This document shows positions 6,739 to 9,070 of a stretch of DNA of 9,070 bases, in pieces. Numbering within the stretch: position 1 is the first letter of the stretch; each line of letters begins with the position of its first letter. The notes beneath the pieces are model-generated. The model was given only the letters and a program-made list of their open reading frames with translations, made no database searches and had not been told where the DNA came from. Location of the stretch: assembly GCA_000388065.2 (NCBI GenBank), contig KB932207.1, one strand, 5' to 3'. This DNA comes from Fonticula alba ATCC 38817. Its lineage: Eukaryota; Protista; Nucleariida. A program made the translations under genes and the position numbers.

Positions 6739-6769
<31 letters not shown>

Positions 6770-8034
6770 CACACCCCCAGGCGGCCGTCTTCGCCGCTGT
6801 CGTCTTCGAGCCGACGCTCATCATCTTCGACCACGGGCACTTCCAGTACAATGGCGTCATGGTGGGCTTCATGCTGGCGGCCTTGGGGCTGCTGTTCGAT
6901 GAGGCCGGCCCGGCCGGACGCCCGGCCATCTCGGCCAAGCGCCTGCTCGGCGTGGTGGCCCTCTGCGCGGCGGTCACCTTCAAGCAGATGGCCCTCTTCT
7001 ATACGCTGCCCTTTGCCGGGTTCATGATCGGCGCCAGCTGGCGGCAGGCGCACGGCCGACCGGGGCCCTTCGCCGGGCGCTTCCTCCTGCTGGCGGTGGC
7101 CGCGCTGGCCGGGCTCCTGGCCCCGGTCTTGCCGCTGGTACTGGACAGCATGCTGGCCACCGAGGCCAAGGACCACCTCGGCCCGGCGGGCACCGCGCTG
7201 GCGGTCCTCCGCCGGGTGTTCCCGGTCGGGCGCGGCCTCTTCGAGGACAAGGTGGCCAACATCTGGTGTGCCGTGTCGCCGGCCGTCAAGCTGCGCAGCA
7301 TGCTGACTCTGCGCCAGGCGGCCACCATGGCCGCCGGGACCACCCTGCTGCTGTGCCTGCCGGCCTGCCTGGCGGCCGCGCGCCGGCCCACCGGCCTGCG
7401 CCTGCTCCAGGCCACCGCCACCGGGGCATTGAGCTTCTTCCTGGCCAGCTTCCAGGTCCATGAAAAGAGCATCCTCATCGCCGCCATGCCGGTGGCCGTG
7501 CTCATGTGCCTGCTGGTTTTGGCCGCGGCGGCCCCGGGCCCGCCGGCGGCCGGCCACCCGGCCACGGCAGCCGATCGGGCCATCGCCGCGCGCGCCCTCC
7601 ACACCTTCATCCACTTTGCCCTGTTCAGCTGCTTCCCGCTGCTCCGGCGCGATGGCCAGACCTTCGGCTATGCCGGCCTCCAGGTGGCCTGGCTCGGGCT
7701 GGGCCTGCTGCTGCCTTCGACGCGCCCGGCCCCGGGGGCCCCTCGGCCCGGCACCGGCGCCCGGCCGCAGCAGGGCCCCCTCGCCCGAGCGGCCCTGGCG
7801 CTGGTGTCGCACCTGTGGCTTCCGGGCCTGATCGGCATGGTGGCCGTGCACCTGGCCGACTTGCTCGTCCGGCCGCCGGGCCGCCTGCCCGACCTGTGGA
7901 CCATGGCCATCATGATCGGCTCGTGCGGGTGGTTCCTCCTGGTGCATGCGCTGCTCAGCGTGGCCGACCTTTCCCGGCTGGCCGAGACCGGCCTCCCATT
8001 CCGGAGCACCAGACGCGATCTCAAGGATGACTGA
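5659..8034 (+). CDS. ALG6: Dolichyl-phosphate-glucose:Man9GlcNAc2-PP-dolichol alpha-1,3-glucosyltransferase (GT-C fold); exons 5659-6032, 6215-6389, 6781-8034; 1803 nt = 600 aa plus stop
   Basis: ALG6-type signature motifs: GDFEAQRHWMEIT (Asp codon 5872-5874, equivalent to the yeast Asp69 catalytic base), YWxLDYPPL, FMRLSVILCDL, DHGHFQYN, FKQM, RVFPVGRGLFEDKVANIWC and FQVHEKSIL, plus many hydrophobic TM segments. Both junctions are phase-compatible. Confidence 0.95.
6033..6214 (+). other. ALG6 intron 1 (182 nt, phase 2)
   Basis: GTACGT...CAG, with a C23 run (6084-6106) and a CTGAC branch site at 6183-6187. The junction CT|A gives Leu, yielding ALGKLCAAFFDPAW. Confidence 0.92.
6390..6780 (+). 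other. ALG6 intron 2 (391 nt, phase 0)
   Basis: GTCCGT...CCCCCAG, containing the minisatellite, a C17 run and (AC)7. The junction gives HPFLR|AAVFAAVVFEP, upstream of DHGHFQYN. Confidence 0.9.
6508..6667. repeat. Intronic minisatellite: 10 contiguous 16-nt units, consensus CATGCCTYTCTCT(GTG/CTA), with degenerate flanking units at about 6470-6507 and 6668
   Basis: CATG recurs exactly every 16 nt, at 6508, 6524, 6540, 6556, 6572, 6588, 6604, 6620, 6636 and 6652. Confidence 0.95.
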
Positions 8035-8050
8035 CACGTCACGTGCCGCC

Positions 8051-8056
8051 AATAAA
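8051..8056 (+). terminator. Putative polyadenylation signal AATAAA for ALG6
   Basis: Canonical hexamer 16 nt after the TGA, conspicuous in a strongly GC-rich context. Confidence 0.7.
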
Positions 8057-8574
8057 TGCCATTCCCCGCGATCAGTCACCGCCTCCAGAACCGGGTCCCA
8101 GCGCGAGCGGCCCTGCCTCCGGGCCCCCCCTCCCCCCTGGGCCTTGTCGGCGGCCTCCTCCTCCTCGGGCCGGCCCGGCTGTCTGGCGCCGCGCCGGTGT
8201 GCCCCGGCCGGGTGTCGTCGCGCTGTTGCTGGCCGGCTTTCAACCTGCCGCCGGGCCGGCCCGGGGCCGAACCGCGGGAGGGCATCGACAATGGGAGGGG
8301 GCGGCATGCGCGCGTGCGCCAACCGCCGCGCGTGGGGCGGGCCTCCGGCGGTGTGTTCCCGGCGGGGCCCTTTCGACTGCGCCGGGCCTGTCGCCGGCCC
8401 AGCCCGGGGGGCTGTGCGCTGCTGCTGCCGCCCGGGGGCCGAGGGCGCGAGGCGGCGCCGCGCACGTTTGGCCGGCCTCGGGCGTGCGCCTCGATTGGCA
8501 GTTTGTCCCTTTCGTGGCCAGCGGGGCCGGCCGGGGGAACACGCGCGTGCCGGCAGGGGAACCGGCCCGGGCCC

Positions 8575-8612
8575 GGGGAGGGGGGGGTGTGGGTGTTCCG
8601 CGGGCGGGCGGG
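8575..8612 (+). other. Potential G-quadruplex-forming sequence
   Basis: GGGG-A-G8-TGT-GGG-TGTTCCGC-GGG-C-GGG-C-GGG: six G-tracts of at least 3 nt, mostly with short loops. Confidence 0.6.
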
Positions 8613-8615
8613 CTG

Positions 8616-8646
8616 GCGTGTGCGCGCGCGCGCGCGCGCGCGTGTG
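8616..8646. repeat. 31-nt alternating purine-pyrimidine tract with a (CG)10 core; Z-DNA-prone
   Basis: GCGTGTG(CG)10TGTG, with the core at 8623-8642. Confidence 0.85.
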
Positions 8647-8777
8647 AGGGCGTTCGAGAGGGGCCCTGGCGGCGGCCCGGGGGCTCGCGCCCGGGACGCG
8701 CACCCCCGTGTCGACTTTTCGTCCCTTTGATCTGTCGTCCTCCCTTCCCCCACATTGTGTGTCCTCCCTTGCCTTCA

Positions 8778-8819
8778 CCCCCGCCCCCGCCCCCGCCCCC
8801 GCCCCTGCCCCCGCCCCTG
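8778..8819. repeat. Hexamer tandem repeat (CCCCCG/CCCCTG) x7; GC-box-like and G4-forming on the minus strand
   Basis: (CCCCCG)4, CCCCTG, CCCCCG, CCCCTG, counted directly. Confidence 0.9.
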
Positions 8820-9034
8820 CCTTCGCTCGCTCCTCGCCACTCTCGCGTCCGGCTCCTGTTGCATCGCGTCACGCCGCGTCGCGGCATATTTCTCGGCCCT
8901 CCCCCGCCCCTATCCCCGACTGGGCCCCTCCTCGGTCGCGCAGGACCGGGCGAGGCGGCACGACCGCTTGCCCATGACCAGCAGGGCAGCTGCGCATCCC
9001 GTCGCTTGGGGCCTCGGCTCGCCCACTCCCGGCG

Positions 9035-9070
9035 CTAACACCCTCCTCGCCCCGTGCTGCCCCCCCCCCC
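9035..9070 (+). other. Possible 3' part of an intron of a further + strand gene that continues beyond the window
   Basis: A CTAAC branch-point-like motif followed by a C-rich tract and poly-C, the same signature as the supported introns. No convincing donor or coding exon could be assigned. The ATG at 8974 is only a candidate start. Confidence 0.3.

Noticed and set aside
38-8034. Functional coupling of the HECT ligase and ALG6 as an ER quality-control or ERAD gene cluster
   Set aside because: Adjacency of two genes in a eukaryotic genome is not evidence of a shared pathway. Conserved synteny or co-expression would be needed, and neither is visible here.
5659-8034. Assignment as ALG8 rather than ALG6
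   Set aside because: GDFEAQRHWMEIT, RGLFEDKVANxWC and FQVHEKSIL are ALG6-type. ALG8 has RGLxHAYWAPNFW and HVHEKA-type motifs.
6202-8034. 610-aa single-exon ORF as the ALG6 CDS
   Set aside because: It reads through intron 2 (minisatellite and poly-C) and lacks the N-terminal catalytic motifs. The spliced model restores them in frame.
8035-8045. Overlapping ACGT cores (CACGTCACGTG; CRE/G-box-like) right after the ALG6 stop
   Set aside because: It falls in the short 3' UTR before AATAAA and far from the probable next TSS, and nothing else supports a function.
8043-9038. ORFs in the terminal 1 kb (8043-9038, 8056-8730, 8076-8753, 8240-8887, 8708-8977)
   Set aside because: No protein-like motifs. 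The RARARA and PAPAPA stretches are just translations of DNA microsatellites, and the region looks regulatory.

Overview
This is very GC-rich eukaryotic genomic DNA with spliceosomal GT-AG introns and two assembly gaps (2274-2939 and 5189-5475). Its style recalls GC-rich protist assemblies such as Fonticula alba, but that is an unverified impression. Two + strand genes can be reconstructed with phase-consistent splice junctions. (1) A large HECT-domain E3 ubiquitin ligase (38-5045, at least 4 exons, about 1320+ aa). It keeps the catalytic Cys (PTAHTC) and the -4 Phe. It also has an N-terminal myristoylation consensus, a UBA-like segment, acidic heptad repeats, two large insertions inside the HECT domain and a Glu-to-Gly change in the GG-x-x-RE motif. 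(2) ALG6, the dolichyl-P-Glc alpha-1,3-glucosyltransferase (5659-8034, 3 exons, 600 aa). It has an AATAAA just after the stop, a 16-bp minisatellite in intron 2 and a uORF whose stop overlaps its start codon. The last 1 kb looks intergenic or promoter-like, with G4, (CG)10 Z-DNA and C-rich hexamer tracts, and probably leads into a third gene. I found no CRISPR array, mobile element, RNA gene or multi-gene novel system. The most novel item is the domain architecture of the HECT ligase; the motif-level calls are pattern recognition and need HMM or structure checks.
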